In this document: positions 1 to 11,833 of the stretch, in pieces | How the letters are laid out: the number at the start of each line of letters is the position of its first letter | Numbering within the stretch: the stretch's first letter is position 1 | Assembly (NCBI GenBank): GCA_002010215.1 | Contig: MTMY01000034.1 | Coordinates: forward strand, 1 to 41,486 | Source: Archaeoglobus sp. JdFR-37 | GTDB lineage: Archaea > Halobacteriota > Archaeoglobi > Archaeoglobales > Archaeoglobaceae | Length of the DNA stretch: 41,486 nucleotides | Direction of reading: 5' to 3' | Translations under genes and position numbers: made by a program | The notes under the pieces: generated by a model | Database searches by the model: none | Told to the model about the DNA's origin: nothing | Seen by the model: only the letters and a program-made list of their open reading frames with translations

Positions 1-536
1 TCAACACACCGCCTCATCCAGGCTTTAGCAGCTTTGAATCTCCAATACAGTCAGAAAAAAGCTTAGAAGAGAGTATTCAGAAGTTAACTTAGAATTGAGA
101 ATAAGAATATGATGGAAGCTTTACTCAAGCTTTACTCATATGACGTTTGAGAAATTGTCTTTAAAGATCACAGAGGGGTTCAATTAAGCTGAAGAGAGAT
201 AATGCAAGAGGTTATGGGGGAGGATTGGAGGTTGGAATCTTTGATAAGTGGATGTACAAACTCGAGAGAATTTTTGGAGAATTCACGTGTGCAAAGCATG
301 ATGTGTTATTGCGGAGTGATATATATTTCGGAGTATTAAAAACTGGTTTGGAGAAAAGATACAGACTTACTTGCTGAAACGGCTATTACAAGAATTCTAG
401 CGAAGGGTTAAGCGTTACGCTATGTGAATTTTGTTGAAGATTAATGAATAGTAAGTGCTCCTGTTTTTTTAGGTATAACAGTTACGTTTTTATACTTTGT
501 ATTGTATATTATAAATTATGATGAAGGTGAAATAAG

Positions 537-1697
537 ATGGATGTTGAGGAATTAAAAGAGCTGATTATAGAAAATTATTATGTTATTAATGCAGATGAAG
601 CCATTTCGAAGGTTATTCCAAGGTTAAGCGAGTCTAAGCATGAGAGAGCCCTATTGGTTGAAAAAGATGGCAAAATCATTGGTGTTGTAAGAGAAAAGGA
701 CCTAATCAGAGGTAGCCTGATGACAAGTCCAGATGAAACGAAAATCAAGAGCTTCCTTGCGAAAACTGGAACAATTCACTTAAATGAACTAACACCAGAG
801 AACGTGGCAAGAAGGTTTATAGAGGATTCCACACCCTTTGTTCTTGTTAAGCTTAACGGGGGGCTTGGAGTTATTCACATTAATGATTTTCTACAAAAAA
901 TAAAACAAGAATTTGAAAATGTTAAGATTGGGGATGTTATGAATCCTGACGTTATCACTGTGAAAACGTACGACGGTGCGTCCAAAGCTCTGGCTACTAT
1001 GAGGAATCATGGTATTAGCAGAGTTGTTGTAGTTGATGACGAAAATAAAGTTGTTGGAATCATTACCGGCAAGGATGTCGTAGATAGGGTTGTATCTCTG
1101 GGGAAAGATGATAGGCTTGGATACCTGAGCATGAAAGAAAAAGAAAAAACGCTTTCAATAATAGTTGAGGGCATAATGAGTCATCCGGTTATAACAGTTG
1201 AGAGGAATGATACTATTGCCAAAGCTATTGATCTGATGATTGAGAATGATATATCAAGCCTCGTGGTTACAAGGGGTAGCATTCCTGAGGGGATAGTGGT
1301 AAAGAAAGATTTTCCCGAATATTACTTAAAGAAAACAATCTCAAAAGAATATGAAGTGCAAATTATCACAAAGGGTGTGGTTTTGGATGATTCTGAAGTA
1401 GAAAAACTTTTAGACGAATTAAACAAGTTTTTGAGGAAGTTCAAGGGTTCTCTTGGAAAGGCTCATTTATTCGTTTATGTGAAGAAACTCAAACTGTATT
1501 ACAGAGAAATACCTCTCATTCACGTGAGGATGAGGCTGAGGAGCGATCATGGAGATTTCTTTGTTACTGGTGAATCTTGGGGTGTGGAGTTTGCGGTTCA
1601 TGCAACCTTGAATAAGCTGGAAAGACAGGTAATAAAGGACAAAGAGCTAATACTCGATAAGGGAATGATACAGAGGTTTTACGGAGAGATTTTTTAA
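537..1697 (+). CDS. CBS-domain protein (4 CBS) with C-terminal HPF/RaiA-like domain; putative Hib-type ribosome hibernation factor
   Basis: Two CBS pairs (e.g. IGDVMNPDVITV...VVGIITGKDV, EGIMSHPVITV...GIVVKKD). The C-terminal ~110 aa ends FAVHATLNKLERQVIKDKE, like the HPF C-terminal helix (AIDKLERQLRKYKE). Confidence 0.75.
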   Translation: MDVEELKELIIENYYVINADEAISKVIPRLSESKHERALLVEKDGKIIGVVREKDLIRGSLMTSPDETKIKSFLAKTGTIHLNELTPENVARRFIEDSTPFVLVKLNGGLGVIHINDFLQKIKQEFENVKIGDVMNPDVITVKTYDGASKALATMRNHGISRVVVVDDENKVVGIITGKDVVDRVVSLGKDDRLGYLSMKEKEKTLSIIVEGIMSHPVITVERNDTIAKAIDLMIENDISSLVVTRGSIPEGIVVKKDFPEYYLKKTISKEYEVQIITKGVVLDDSEVEKLLDELNKFLRKFKGSLGKAHLFVYVKKLKLYYREIPLIHVRMRLRSDHGDFFVTGESWGVEFAVHATLNKLERQVIKDKELILDKGMIQRFYGEIF

Positions 1698-2000
1698 CGA
1701 GTCTCGTTCTTATTTTTAATCGATACTTAGTGGTGTTAGGTCTTTTTCCAAATCTTTAATGGGAGTAATCAATATCCTGAATTTTTGTTTATCAATCCAC
1801 AACAAAGTGTGATTTGTAAGTAAGATCGAGAGAACAAAACTAGAAAAACCAACTAAAATCGTCCAGAAAATGGATTTCACTCAATAGCAAATGTTAATAA
1901 CAACACTTTTAACAACTTCTTAATTACTTTGTGAAGTATTGGTTAGCGAAGGGTGATTCAACTCCAATAACATTAAATATTAATCAGGAGTCCGCCAGCC

Positions 2001-3188
2001 ATGGAGTACCTCCTGAGGTGCATTGATTGTAACAGCTATTACGAAAGCGATTATATCTATACTTGTCCCCGTTGTAGCGGGCTCTTAGAAGTTCAGTTCT
2101 CTCTAAACGCTGATGAAATTGACTTCTCACTTGATGGTAACAACCTTTCTGTATGGAAATACCGTTCGCTTCTTCCTGTCAGAATTAACCCTATTTCTTT
2201 AAATGAAGGAGGGACCCCCCTTTACAAGGCAAATTACATCTCTGAGGTTTCAAATTGTAATGTTTACGTCAAGCACGAGGGTATGAACCCTTCTGGTTCT
2301 TTCAAAGATCGTGGGATGACTGTGGGTGTCACAAAAGCAATCGAGATCGGGAGGAAGGCTGTTGCTTGCGCCTCTACAGGCAACACATCTGCAAGTATGG
2401 CCATGTATGCTGCAAGAGCCGGAATTAAAGCATATGTTCTCCTTCCTGCTGGGAAAGTGGCTCTGGGAAAGGTTGCACAGGCTCTGATGCATGGTGCGAG
2501 AGTAATTTCCATAAAAGGGAATTTCGATGAGGCGTTGACACTTGTAAGGCAAGTATGCGAAGAGAAGGGCTTCTACCTGCTAAACTCAGTGAATCCCTTC
2601 CGTCTCGAAGGACAGAAAACCATAGCCTTTGAAATTGTTGATGCTCTCGGCGTTCCTGATGCAGTTATCCTTCCTGTGGGAAATGCAGGAAATATTTCTG
2701 CCATTTACAAGGGGTTTTTGGAGCTGAGGGAGCTTGGGTTAATTGATGAAATCCCGAGGATGATAGGAGTGCAGGCTGAAGGAGCCAACCCCATTTTTAG
2801 AGCTTTTATAGAGGGGAGAAGGGAAATAGAACCCATTGAAAACCCTGAAACTGTAGCAACAGCTATAAGGATTGGCCAGCCTGTCAACGCAAAAAAAGCT
2901 CTCAGGGCTATTTATGAGTCAGAGGGTATGGCAGTTGAGGTGAGTGATACCGAAATAGTTGAAGCTCAGAAGCTTCTGGCAGCGAAGGAAGGCATAGGGG
3001 TTGAACCGGCCAGTGCAGCAAGCGTGGCGGGTTTAATAAAGCTCAGTAGGGAGGAAGAGTTAAGCGGGGAAAGAGTTGTCTGCATCACCACTGGACACCT
3101 CCTGAAAGACCCTGAGGAAGTAATCAAGGTATGTGGAAAGCCCATAGAAGTTGATGCAGACGTTGAGGCCATTAAGAAGGCTCTTTAA
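2001..3188 (+). CDS. thrC: threonine synthase
   Basis: NPSGSFKDRG PLP lysine motif, CASTGNTSAS, EGQKT, PVGNAGN, EPASA; N-terminal Zn ribbon. Confidence 0.95.
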   Translation: MEYLLRCIDCNSYYESDYIYTCPRCSGLLEVQFSLNADEIDFSLDGNNLSVWKYRSLLPVRINPISLNEGGTPLYKANYISEVSNCNVYVKHEGMNPSGSFKDRGMTVGVTKAIEIGRKAVACASTGNTSASMAMYAARAGIKAYVLLPAGKVALGKVAQALMHGARVISIKGNFDEALTLVRQVCEEKGFYLLNSVNPFRLEGQKTIAFEIVDALGVPDAVILPVGNAGNISAIYKGFLELRELGLIDEIPRMIGVQAEGANPIFRAFIEGRREIEPIENPETVATAIRIGQPVNAKKALRAIYESEGMAVEVSDTEIVEAQKLLAAKEGIGVEPASAASVAGLIKLSREEELSGERVVCITTGHLLKDPEEVIKVCGKPIEVDADVEAIKKAL

Positions 3189-3822
3189 CTTTAATGTTTA
3201 ATCTGCCTGATTTTCCGACTCCATTCGCTTCAAGTCGTCTCAGCTCATTTTCAAGCCTTAAAAGCCTAGATCTGCTCCTTTCAAGTTTTTCAATTGCAAA
3301 TTCCAGCTGTATCTTTAGCGATTCCTTGGTAACAACAGGGTCTCCGTTCACTGCCACAACCATCTCCATTTTTTCCAGAGAGAATATTTCAACTATGTTT
3401 CTTGAAGGGGATATGACACCTGCTCTCCTGAATCCAGCTTTTCTGGCGATGCTCATGAACTCTTCTGCTTTTTGCATATCTCTGCAAGCCACATGCAAAA
3501 TTGGAGGATGCATTATGAACCATGTAACTCTTTTACCCTTCTTTATGGCTTCCCAGACCTCCTCTAGATCTACTTTACCATGCCATTTTCCAAGGAAAAC
3601 GCTCTCTGACTTGTTTCCGAAATCGGGCATATCCATAATCACAATCCTTCCAGAACAGCTTGAAAGGGTGACAAAATCTGGGAATGAGTTTATCAGGTTG
3701 AGAAGCGGCAGGATTTCAGGGTCAATTTGATGAATACTCCTATTAAAACTCTGGAGCTTTTCAGTTCTGTACTCTTCCCAGCATCCTCCTTTTCGACTTC
3801 TCCAGCCCCTGAGCTCCAGCAT
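3172..3822 (-). CDS. taw3: tRNA(Phe) wyosine-derivative methyltransferase Taw3/TYW3
   Basis: IDPEILPLLNLINS...TLSSCSGRI, KWH and PPILHVACR motifs of the TYW3 family. Confidence 0.88.
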   Translation of the reverse strand: MLELRGWRSRKGGCWEEYRTEKLQSFNRSIHQIDPEILPLLNLINSFPDFVTLSSCSGRIVIMDMPDFGNKSESVFLGKWHGKVDLEEVWEAIKKGKRVTWFIMHPPILHVACRDMQKAEEFMSIARKAGFRRAGVISPSRNIVEIFSLEKMEMVVAVNGDPVVTKESLKIQLEFAIEKLERSRSRLLRLENELRRLEANGVGKSGRLNIKVKEPS

Positions 3823-3861
3823 AAAAAGAGGTAATGGCCTCGAAATAAAAAATTTAGAAAT

Positions 3862-5552
<1,691 letters not shown>

Positions 5553-5601
5553 ATCACAACATATCCATCAGGGTTAATAACCGAACCGCTCTTTATTCCT
5601 T

Positions 5602-6003
5602 ATGTACCGTTTCATCGATCATACCGCAGACATTGCCTTTGAGGTTGAGGCAGAAACCTTAGATGGGTTGATTGAAGAAGCCTCAAAGGCTTTTTACGAA
5701 GCATTCGTGTTTACCGATAGACTTGAAGTGACGGAAGAGGTGGAAGTGGAAGTTGAAACTGATAGCGAAGATTATCTTCTCTACAAATGGCTTAACGAAC
5801 TCCTCTATCTCTTCGACACCCGTCATTTTGCTGGCAAAGAGATTGCGGTTAAGATAGATGGTTTGAAGGCCAAAGGAGTAATTAAGGGTGGACAGCTTAG
5901 AGACGAGCTAGTCAGGTGCGAACCTAAAGCCATAACTCTACACAAATTTACAGTAGAAAGAAAAGATGGTGGATGGAGGGCGTTTGTTGTGGTGGATATC
6001 TGA
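5602..6003 (+). CDS. archease (RtcB cofactor)
   Basis: YRFIDHTADI, LNELLYL, PKAITLH, C-terminal VVDI. Confidence 0.93.
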   Translation: MYRFIDHTADIAFEVEAETLDGLIEEASKAFYEAFVFTDRLEVTEEVEVEVETDSEDYLLYKWLNELLYLFDTRHFAGKEIAVKIDGLKAKGVIKGGQLRDELVRCEPKAITLHKFTVERKDGGWRAFVVVDI

Positions 6004-6068
6004 CTGGTTCATTGGACATTGGGGCATCCGATCATCCATTGGTTTATCTACTGATTCTACTGATCATC

Positions 6069-7253
6069 CTACTCCTTTTTTCTCATAAGCTCTCTGAATA
6101 ACCTCCCCTGCAGTCCGTGAAAGCGAGAGAAACCTTCTGAATACCTCTGATCTATTGCTAAAGAGTCGAATGAGGTGAGCTCTTCCCTATAGAGTGCGAA
6201 GGGGGAATCTCTTGCCACAGGCAGAACGCTACCTTTGTAAAGTCTCAGCTTAACCCAACCTGTAACTCTTTTCTGTGTCTCGTCGATGAAGGCGTTTAGA
6301 GCATCGAAAAGGGGCTCGTTCGTTAACCCGTAATACACAAGCTCTGCCCACTCTTCCTCAACAAATCTCTTGAATTTAAGCTCTCTTCTGCTGAGCACGA
6401 GCTTTTCAAGGTCTCTGTGGGCTGTGAGAAGAATTGTTGCTGCGGGATGCTCGTAGTTCTCCCTCGCTTTCAGTCCGAGAACTCTATCTTCCATCATGTC
6501 GTTCCTGCCCACTCCATGCTTGCCACCTATTTCGTTGAGCTTTTCAATTATCTCGAAGACATCCGCTATCTCACCATTCAGGCTTACCGGTCTGCCTGCC
6601 TCAAATCCAACTTCAACGATCTCAGGCTCATCTGGAGCCTCTTGCGGGCTTATAGTCCACTCGTAAATCTCTTCTGGTGGCACAAAGTCAGGTTTTTCAA
6701 GGTCTCCCCCTTCTATGCTCCTGCTCCAGATGTTCTCGTCAATGCTCCAGGGTTTATCCTTCGTCACCGGCACATCAATGCCATGCTGCTTGGCATACTC
6801 AATTTCCCATTCTCTTGTGAGATTCAGTTCCCTCATTGGAGCCACAACTCTGAGGCCGTACTCGTAAAAGACGTTGTCAAACCTAAGCTGATCGTTTCCC
6901 TTTCCGGTTGCGCCATGGGCAACAGCTTCTGCACCCTCTTTCAGGGCAATTTCAGCAACTTTCTTGGCTGTTATTGGTCTTGCAAGTGCGGTGCCGAGAG
7001 GATACCCTTCATATTCTCCATTAGCCTTGATGAGCATTACAAGGGCCTCGCCAAATTCTTTCTTGGCGTCGACGGTATAGTGTTTGTCAGCATATTTATT
7101 CCCCCTCTCTTCGGCCCTCTTGATCTCCTTTCTTGGCTGACCTATATCTACCGTTACTGTGATGACCTCCTCGAAACCATACTTCTCCTTAAGCAAGGGT
7201 ATGCAGACAGTTGTGTCCAGACCTCCGGAGTACGCCAGAACGACCTTGGACAT
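6069..7253 (-). CDS. argG: argininosuccinate synthase
   Basis: [38 protein letters not shown]. Confidence 0.97.
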   Translation of the reverse strand: MSKVVLAYSGGLDTTVCIPLLKEKYGFEEVITVTVDIGQPRKEIKRAEERGNKYADKHYTVDAKKEFGEALVMLIKANGEYEGYPLGTALARPITAKKVAEIALKEGAEAVAHGATGKGNDQLRFDNVFYEYGLRVVAPMRELNLTREWEIEYAKQHGIDVPVTKDKPWSIDENIWSRSIEGGDLEKPDFVPPEEIYEWTISPQEAPDEPEIVEVGFEAGRPVSLNGEIADVFEIIEKLNEIGGKHGVGRNDMMEDRVLGLKARENYEHPAATILLTAHRDLEKLVLSRRELKFKRFVEEEWAELVYYGLTNEPLFDALNAFIDETQKRVTGWVKLRLYKGSVLPVARDSPFALYREELTSFDSLAIDQRYSEGFSRFHGLQGRLFRELMRKKE

Positions 7254-7288
7254 AACCTCACGTTCTCATCTTGTAGTATATAAGAGAT

Positions 7289-7322
7289 TTGCAACGTTAT
7301 GGCACAGCTTGTAACTTTATGG
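7289..7322. promoter_or_regulatory. imperfect 14-bp direct repeat in the divergent argG / wHTH intergenic region (candidate operator)
   Basis: TTGCAACGTTATGG (7289-7302) and TTGTAACTTTATGG (7309-7322), 12/14 identical, 20-bp period. Confidence 0.35.
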
Positions 7323-7422
7323 TGCAAAACCTCATGATTGTTGAAAAACGGTTCGATATGTTGAAAATAAGGGTGCGAAAATTTAATTAAATAGTTATCC
7401 AATCATGTTTGAGGTGGTTTGT

Positions 7423-7626
7423 ATGGCAGAAGATATGAACCAGGCAATCTTGAAAGCTTTGAAGGAGCTTGGTGTTGCTTCAAGCAAAGAAATCGCTGAA
7501 AAAATTGGTGTACCCACGTCAAAGGTTTCATGCAGGCTTGCGCCTCTCAAGAGGAAAGGACTTCTGGAATCTCCTGAGAAGGGAAAGTGGACGCTGACGG
7601 AGGAGGGTAAAAAACAGGTCAAATAG
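7423..7626 (+). CDS. small winged helix-turn-helix protein
   Basis: ILKALKELG..SSKEIAEKIGV..SKVS..L..LKRKGLLES...GKWTLTEEG; GAGGTGG SD before ATG 7423. Confidence 0.8.
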   Translation: MAEDMNQAILKALKELGVASSKEIAEKIGVPTSKVSCRLAPLKRKGLLESPEKGKWTLTEEGKKQVK

Positions 7627-8008
7627 TTAATTCAGCCCTTCCGCTTTCAACACCGTTCACAAGCACAATTACAAAATATTTCCCATTTCCAAGTTTGCCA
7701 ATCTTTATTTCTTCCTTGTATTCTTGAATAACTTGGATGCATACCTCTCCTGGCTTGGGTGGTATATGGGTGAAGCTTAGATAAATCGTATTCCCTTTCT
7801 TTGTCATTCCATCAAATTTCATTTTATGGCAAGGGTTGGGAAGTTGGAAAACTGCTATGGCTTTCCACCCATCATCTTCAATAAGAATAAGCTGGCTGAG
7901 ATATCCAGAAGTGTCCACACTAACTTCAGGCTCCTTTTCGTCCACTTTTACCTTCTCTCCTGTACATCCTATCAATGCAATGGCGGCAATCAGTAATAAA
8001 TACCACAC
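7619..8008 (-). CDS. putative lipoprotein with a beta-rich extracellular domain
   Basis: Hydrophobic N-terminus with lipobox-like LIGC; PNPCH and CIQVI cysteines. Confidence 0.65.
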   Translation of the reverse strand: MWYLLLIAAIALIGCTGEKVKVDEKEPEVSVDTSGYLSQLILIEDDGWKAIAVFQLPNPCHKMKFDGMTKKGNTIYLSFTHIPPKPGEVCIQVIQEYKEEIKIGKLGNGKYFVIVLVNGVESGRAELTI

Positions 8009-8107
8009 AGAGAATCATATTAAAATTGCCGTTAAAATACTTTTCCGAAATGCGATATTTCGGCCCGAATCTGGATAAAGATTGATAAAAAATTCAATTG
8101 TAAACTT

Positions 8108-8503
8108 TCAGGCCTCCTCTGCAGGAATAAATTTTGTCCCGTAATAAATTATCCCATCTTCACCATCCTCACCGTATTTCCTAAAAACAGCCTTAACTCT
8201 CATTCCATCATGCACCTCTTCTGGCTCGCAAGCAAGCTGAGAAGTAATTATCGGCCCCTCATCCAGCTGGATGAGTGCTACAACGTAGGGCTTCTCCATC
8301 TTAAGGCCTACAGGAGTATCATGGACTATGCTGTAGCTCAGAACGGTACCATATCCGCTCAGCTGAACTTCTTCGATGCTGCTCCTCCTCCTGCACACTG
8401 GACAGAAGTTTCTTGGTGGGTAATAATTCCTTCCGCAGGTATTGCATCTCGTCCCAATCAAATCATACCTGTACCTTATCTTCCTCCAGAAACGTGGAAG
8501 CAT
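8108..8503 (-). CDS. DUF35 Zn-ribbon/OB-fold protein (scaffold of the thiolase/HMGCS complex)
   Basis: MLPRFWR, CNTCG...PPRNFCPVC, GIIYYGTKF; operonic with the thiolase. Confidence 0.92.
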   Translation of the reverse strand: MLPRFWRKIRYRYDLIGTRCNTCGRNYYPPRNFCPVCRRRSSIEEVQLSGYGTVLSYSIVHDTPVGLKMEKPYVVALIQLDEGPIITSQLACEPEEVHDGMRVKAVFRKYGEDGEDGIIYYGTKFIPAEEA

Positions 8504-8507
8504 TATT

Positions 8508-9665
8508 TCACCTCCCTAGGATAGTAACTACAGCTGTTCCACCTGTACCACCGATGTTAAGGGCAAGGGCAGTCTCACACTCCACTTGCCTCTTTCCTGC
8601 ACCTCCTCTCAGCTGCAGCACCAGCTCAGCCACCTGTCTAACACCTGTTGCTCCAACAGCATGGCCGCATGCCTTCAGCCCACCGGAAGGGTTGACAGGA
8701 ATCTCACCTCCCATCTCAACAATGCCCTCTCTGATGAGCTCTGCTCCCTTTCCTTTCTCAATAAATCCTAGATCCTCATAAGCCATAATCTCTGCTATTG
8801 TAAAGCTGTCGTGAAGTTCGGCAACATCTATATCCCTTGCTTCAACTCCTGCCTGCTTGTATGCTTGTCTTGATGCCGTCACCACAGATTGCATTGTTGT
8901 CAAATCTTTTCTGCTGTGTAAAGCCAGATAATCGCTTGCCTGAGCAGATGACTTGATGTACACAGGCGTATCGGTGTATTGTTTTGCCACCTCTTCACTT
9001 GCGAGTACGACACAGGCAGCACCATCGCTTATTGGAGCACAATCCAGCAGCTTGAGAGGCTCGGCAACGTAGGGAGAGTTGAGAACGGCATCAACACTGA
9101 TTTCACTCTTGAACTGAGCCTTCGGATTATTTACAGCGTTTCTGTGGTTTTTGACGCTCACCATCGCCAGATCTTCTTCTGTAGTTCCGAATTCTTTCAT
9201 GTGTAGCTTTGTCATCATTGCGTAAATGGCACTTAGGGTTGCACCAACAAATCCCTCCCACTCCATGTCTGCTGAGGATGACATTATCTCCATGCTGAGC
9301 TCTCCAGCATCCGTCACCTTCTCAACACCAGCGGCAATCACTATGTCGTGCATCCCCGAAGCCACAGCCAGATGTGCCATTCTCACGGCAAGACCTCCGC
9401 TAGCATCCGCAGCTTCAACTCTGACAGAGGGTATGTTCAGCTCTGCTAGCCCGGCGTAGTCTGCTATGAGAGTTGCAACGTGCTCCTGTGCAATGTACCT
9501 ACCTGCACTCATGTTTCCAACGAACAGAGCATCAATCTCCTTTCCTTCCAGCCCAGCATCTTCCAGAGCTTCAACCCCTGCTTCCAGCATTATATCTCTG
9601 AAGCTTCTATCCCAGAGCTCTCCAAATCGGCTCTGACCAACTCCAATGACTGCAACCTTTCTCAT
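8508..9665 (-). CDS. archaeal acetoacetyl-CoA thiolase-family protein lacking both catalytic Cys
   Basis: FGELW, RVEAADASGG (Asp at the usual Cys), HDSFTIAE (Ser at the usual Cys), VNPSGGLKACGHAVGATG. Confidence 0.88.
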   Translation of the reverse strand: MRKVAVIGVGQSRFGELWDRSFRDIMLEAGVEALEDAGLEGKEIDALFVGNMSAGRYIAQEHVATLIADYAGLAELNIPSVRVEAADASGGLAVRMAHLAVASGMHDIVIAAGVEKVTDAGELSMEIMSSSADMEWEGFVGATLSAIYAMMTKLHMKEFGTTEEDLAMVSVKNHRNAVNNPKAQFKSEISVDAVLNSPYVAEPLKLLDCAPISDGAACVVLASEEVAKQYTDTPVYIKSSAQASDYLALHSRKDLTTMQSVVTASRQAYKQAGVEARDIDVAELHDSFTIAEIMAYEDLGFIEKGKGAELIREGIVEMGGEIPVNPSGGLKACGHAVGATGVRQVAELVLQLRGGAGKRQVECETALALNIGGTGGTAVVTILGR

Positions 9666-9689
9666 GAGTTATCACCTTACCTAATCCTT

Positions 9690-10727
9690 TTACCTCATCC
9701 TTATCTTTCTCCTGAACTTGGCATAGGTGCCGTAGTCTATGTACACTTTCTTTGAAATCTTATCCCAGACTCCTGGGTTTCTGTTGAGATTTTCGATGGC
9801 GTCAGTTACAGTTATGGAAAATGCATCGCTTCCAGCACCTGAACCAAAGGAAACTAGAAGTATTCTGTCTCCTGGCTTCGCAACGTCCAGTATTGCTGCA
9901 AATCCTAAAAGCGATGAACCGGAATACGTGTTTCCAACGTACCTCACAACCAGCCCCTGTTCTATCTGTTCCTTGGAAAAGCCCAGCATTCTGGCGGCTC
10001 TAACGGGAAACTTCCCGTTTGGCTGGTGAAAGACAGCGTAATTGAAATCCTCTGGCTTGAGCCCAGTCTCCTCCATCAGCATTTTTGCCGCTGACACCAC
10101 ATGCCTGAAATATGCTGGCTGTCCCGTGAAGCGTCCGCCGTGGCTGGGATACGGTCGCCCTTCTCTCCTCCAGAAGTCTGGAGTGTCAGAGGTGAAGCTG
10201 CATGTGTGCTCTATTTCGGCAATGACTCCATCATTTCCCACCAGAAATGCTGCCCCTCCAGCAGCAGCAGAGTACTCCAGCGGGTCTCCTGGAGCTCCCT
10301 GACTAGTGTCGGAGCCTATAGCAAGGCCGTATTTTATCATTCCAGCCTCCACCATAGCCATGCAGTTCTGAATTCCTGCTGTACCAGCTTTGCATGCAAA
10401 TTCGAGATCAGCAGCAAAGAAATCGTTCCCCACATCCAAAGCTTCACCTACTATGGTGGCTGTGGGCTTTACTGCATAAGGGTGACTTTCAGAACCGACA
10501 AATATGGCACCAATATTCTTCGGATTGATACCAGCCCTTCTAACCGCTTCCCTTGCCGCCTCAACACTTATGGTGGCTGTATCCTCGTCAAGATCAGGGA
10601 CGGATTTCTCGAGAACGCCCAGCCCTCCTTTTATGACATCAGCATTCTCTCCCCAGATTCTTGCGATATCTTCAGCTTTTATCCTGTAACGGGGTATGTA
10701 TGTCCCGTATGACACAATTCCTACCAA
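9690..10727 (-). CDS. archaeal hydroxymethylglutaryl-CoA synthase
   Basis: [20 protein letters not shown] (catalytic Cys intact), [23 protein letters not shown]; probable TTG start at 10727 after GGAGGTG. Confidence 0.93.
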   Translation of the reverse strand: MVGIVSYGTYIPRYRIKAEDIARIWGENADVIKGGLGVLEKSVPDLDEDTATISVEAAREAVRRAGINPKNIGAIFVGSESHPYAVKPTATIVGEALDVGNDFFAADLEFACKAGTAGIQNCMAMVEAGMIKYGLAIGSDTSQGAPGDPLEYSAAAGGAAFLVGNDGVIAEIEHTCSFTSDTPDFWRREGRPYPSHGGRFTGQPAYFRHVVSAAKMLMEETGLKPEDFNYAVFHQPNGKFPVRAARMLGFSKEQIEQGLVVRYVGNTYSGSSLLGFAAILDVAKPGDRILLVSFGSGAGSDAFSITVTDAIENLNRNPGVWDKISKKVYIDYGTYAKFRRKIRMR

Positions 10728-10728
10728 T

Positions 10729-11433
10729 TCAAACACCTCCTTCATGCCTTAGAACCCTTATCATCTCATCCACTTCCATTTTGGTGGTTATTAGGGGAAT
10801 TTTTTCTATTTCAGCTATTTTTACAGCTATTTTATCTACCTCATCCTTATTCAAGCCGTGAAGCACAACTACGGCCGGCTTGAGATTTGCGACTCTGACA
10901 GCAACCATGGGGGAGCGTCCACTTGACACGCCTGTGAATATGAGGGCTCTTTGAGTATTCAGACCGTAAAGGCGGTAAAAATCAAAGGAGTTCAGGGTCA
11001 GAATGGCCTTGATGCTGTCCACAATTGTGTGTCCGCTTATGTTTTTATCCAAACCATTAACAACATCTCCATTGATGAGCTCTGCAAGTTTCCAGGAGTT
11101 TATGCTCTTTGAATACTCACAAATATCAAGAATAACATCCAGTCTGAAACCATTAAGGAGGTCTTTGTACTTGGAGACTGTTGGGTAGCCTTTTTCAGCA
11201 TCGATTAGGATTAAGGCCTCGATTATTCTTCTTATAAAACCAACACCTGGTGATTTCCGTCGTTCACTTTCATAATCACTTATCACTGATGGTGAGATGC
11301 CAAGCTTTTCGGAAAGCTCCTTTTGGGAAACCTGAAAGACATCTCTCCACTTTTTGAGTGTTTTCCCAATATTTTCTGCAAAAATGATCTCACTGGCTAT
11401 TTTTTCTGCCAGCAGTTTGGAAGCATCATCCAT
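10729..11433 (-). CDS. XRE-type HTH transcriptional regulator commonly found upstream of archaeal HMGCS
   Basis: [54 protein letters not shown]. Confidence 0.88.
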   Translation of the reverse strand: MDDASKLLAEKIASEIIFAENIGKTLKKWRDVFQVSQKELSEKLGISPSVISDYESERRKSPGVGFIRRIIEALILIDAEKGYPTVSKYKDLLNGFRLDVILDICEYSKSINSWKLAELINGDVVNGLDKNISGHTIVDSIKAILTLNSFDFYRLYGLNTQRALIFTGVSSGRSPMVAVRVANLKPAVVVLHGLNKDEVDKIAVKIAEIEKIPLITTKMEVDEMIRVLRHEGGV

Positions 11434-11490
11434 GGACGAGTTGATACATTCTTACTTTATAAATTTATCGAATAGTCGAAGTGATAATCG

Positions 11491-11709
11491 TCAATTGCCA
11501 GATTTCATGTTTTGATATATACTTTCTCCCAGCTCGCCTAAAATCTCCCTAGCTTCATAAACTTTACCTGAATCCAGAAGAGCCGCGATAATGCCGAGGC
11601 ATTTTAACAGAGCGTGAAAGAACTCGGAACTCAGGATTATCTGGTTTTCACGGCTTTCAGCATTTTCAAGATGCCATCTTACATTTTCCAAACAATTTTC
11701 ATCATTCAT
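11491..11709 (-). CDS. hypothetical small helical protein
   Basis: 72-aa ATG ORF filling the intergenic gap; no family recognised. Confidence 0.5.
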   Translation of the reverse strand: MNDENCLENVRWHLENAESRENQIILSSEFFHALLKCLGIIAALLDSGKVYEAREILGELGESIYQNMKSGN

Positions 11710-11833
11710 GTCTTTCCCTTCAGAAATATTTTTAAGTCGTTTCCCCTTTGTAGAGTTAATAGTTTCGATGCTGGCAGCTTCTTACAGGATCTAATGGGTT
11801 CTTAAAATAAAAATACTGAGGGTGGGTGATATC

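Noticed and set aside
1..400. Possible gene or IS remnants at the window start (e.g. a + frame containing ARGYGGG)
   Set aside because: Short frames without clear starts and no motif I can assign reliably; needs BLASTx.
6004..6068. Patchwork of short repeats (CATTGG x3, GATCATCC x2, CTACTGAT x2) as an sRNA
   Set aside because: No canonical box C; more likely slippage debris between convergent genes.
6417..7283. Long antisense ORFs such as this 288-aa frame, 29489-30166 and 17897-18466
   Set aside because: Shadow frames opposite well-supported genes, with no recognisable motifs.
7423..7626. DsrD assignment for the small wHTH protein
   Set aside because: Lacks DsrD signatures (KFYFxD, YWSSGSTT) and no dsr genes are adjacent.
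11468..11479. TCGA-N4-TCGA upstream of the HTH-HMGCS operon, similar to TCGA-N5-TCGA near 40596
   Set aside because: Short, different spacing and overlapping the BRE position; not enough support for a shared operator.
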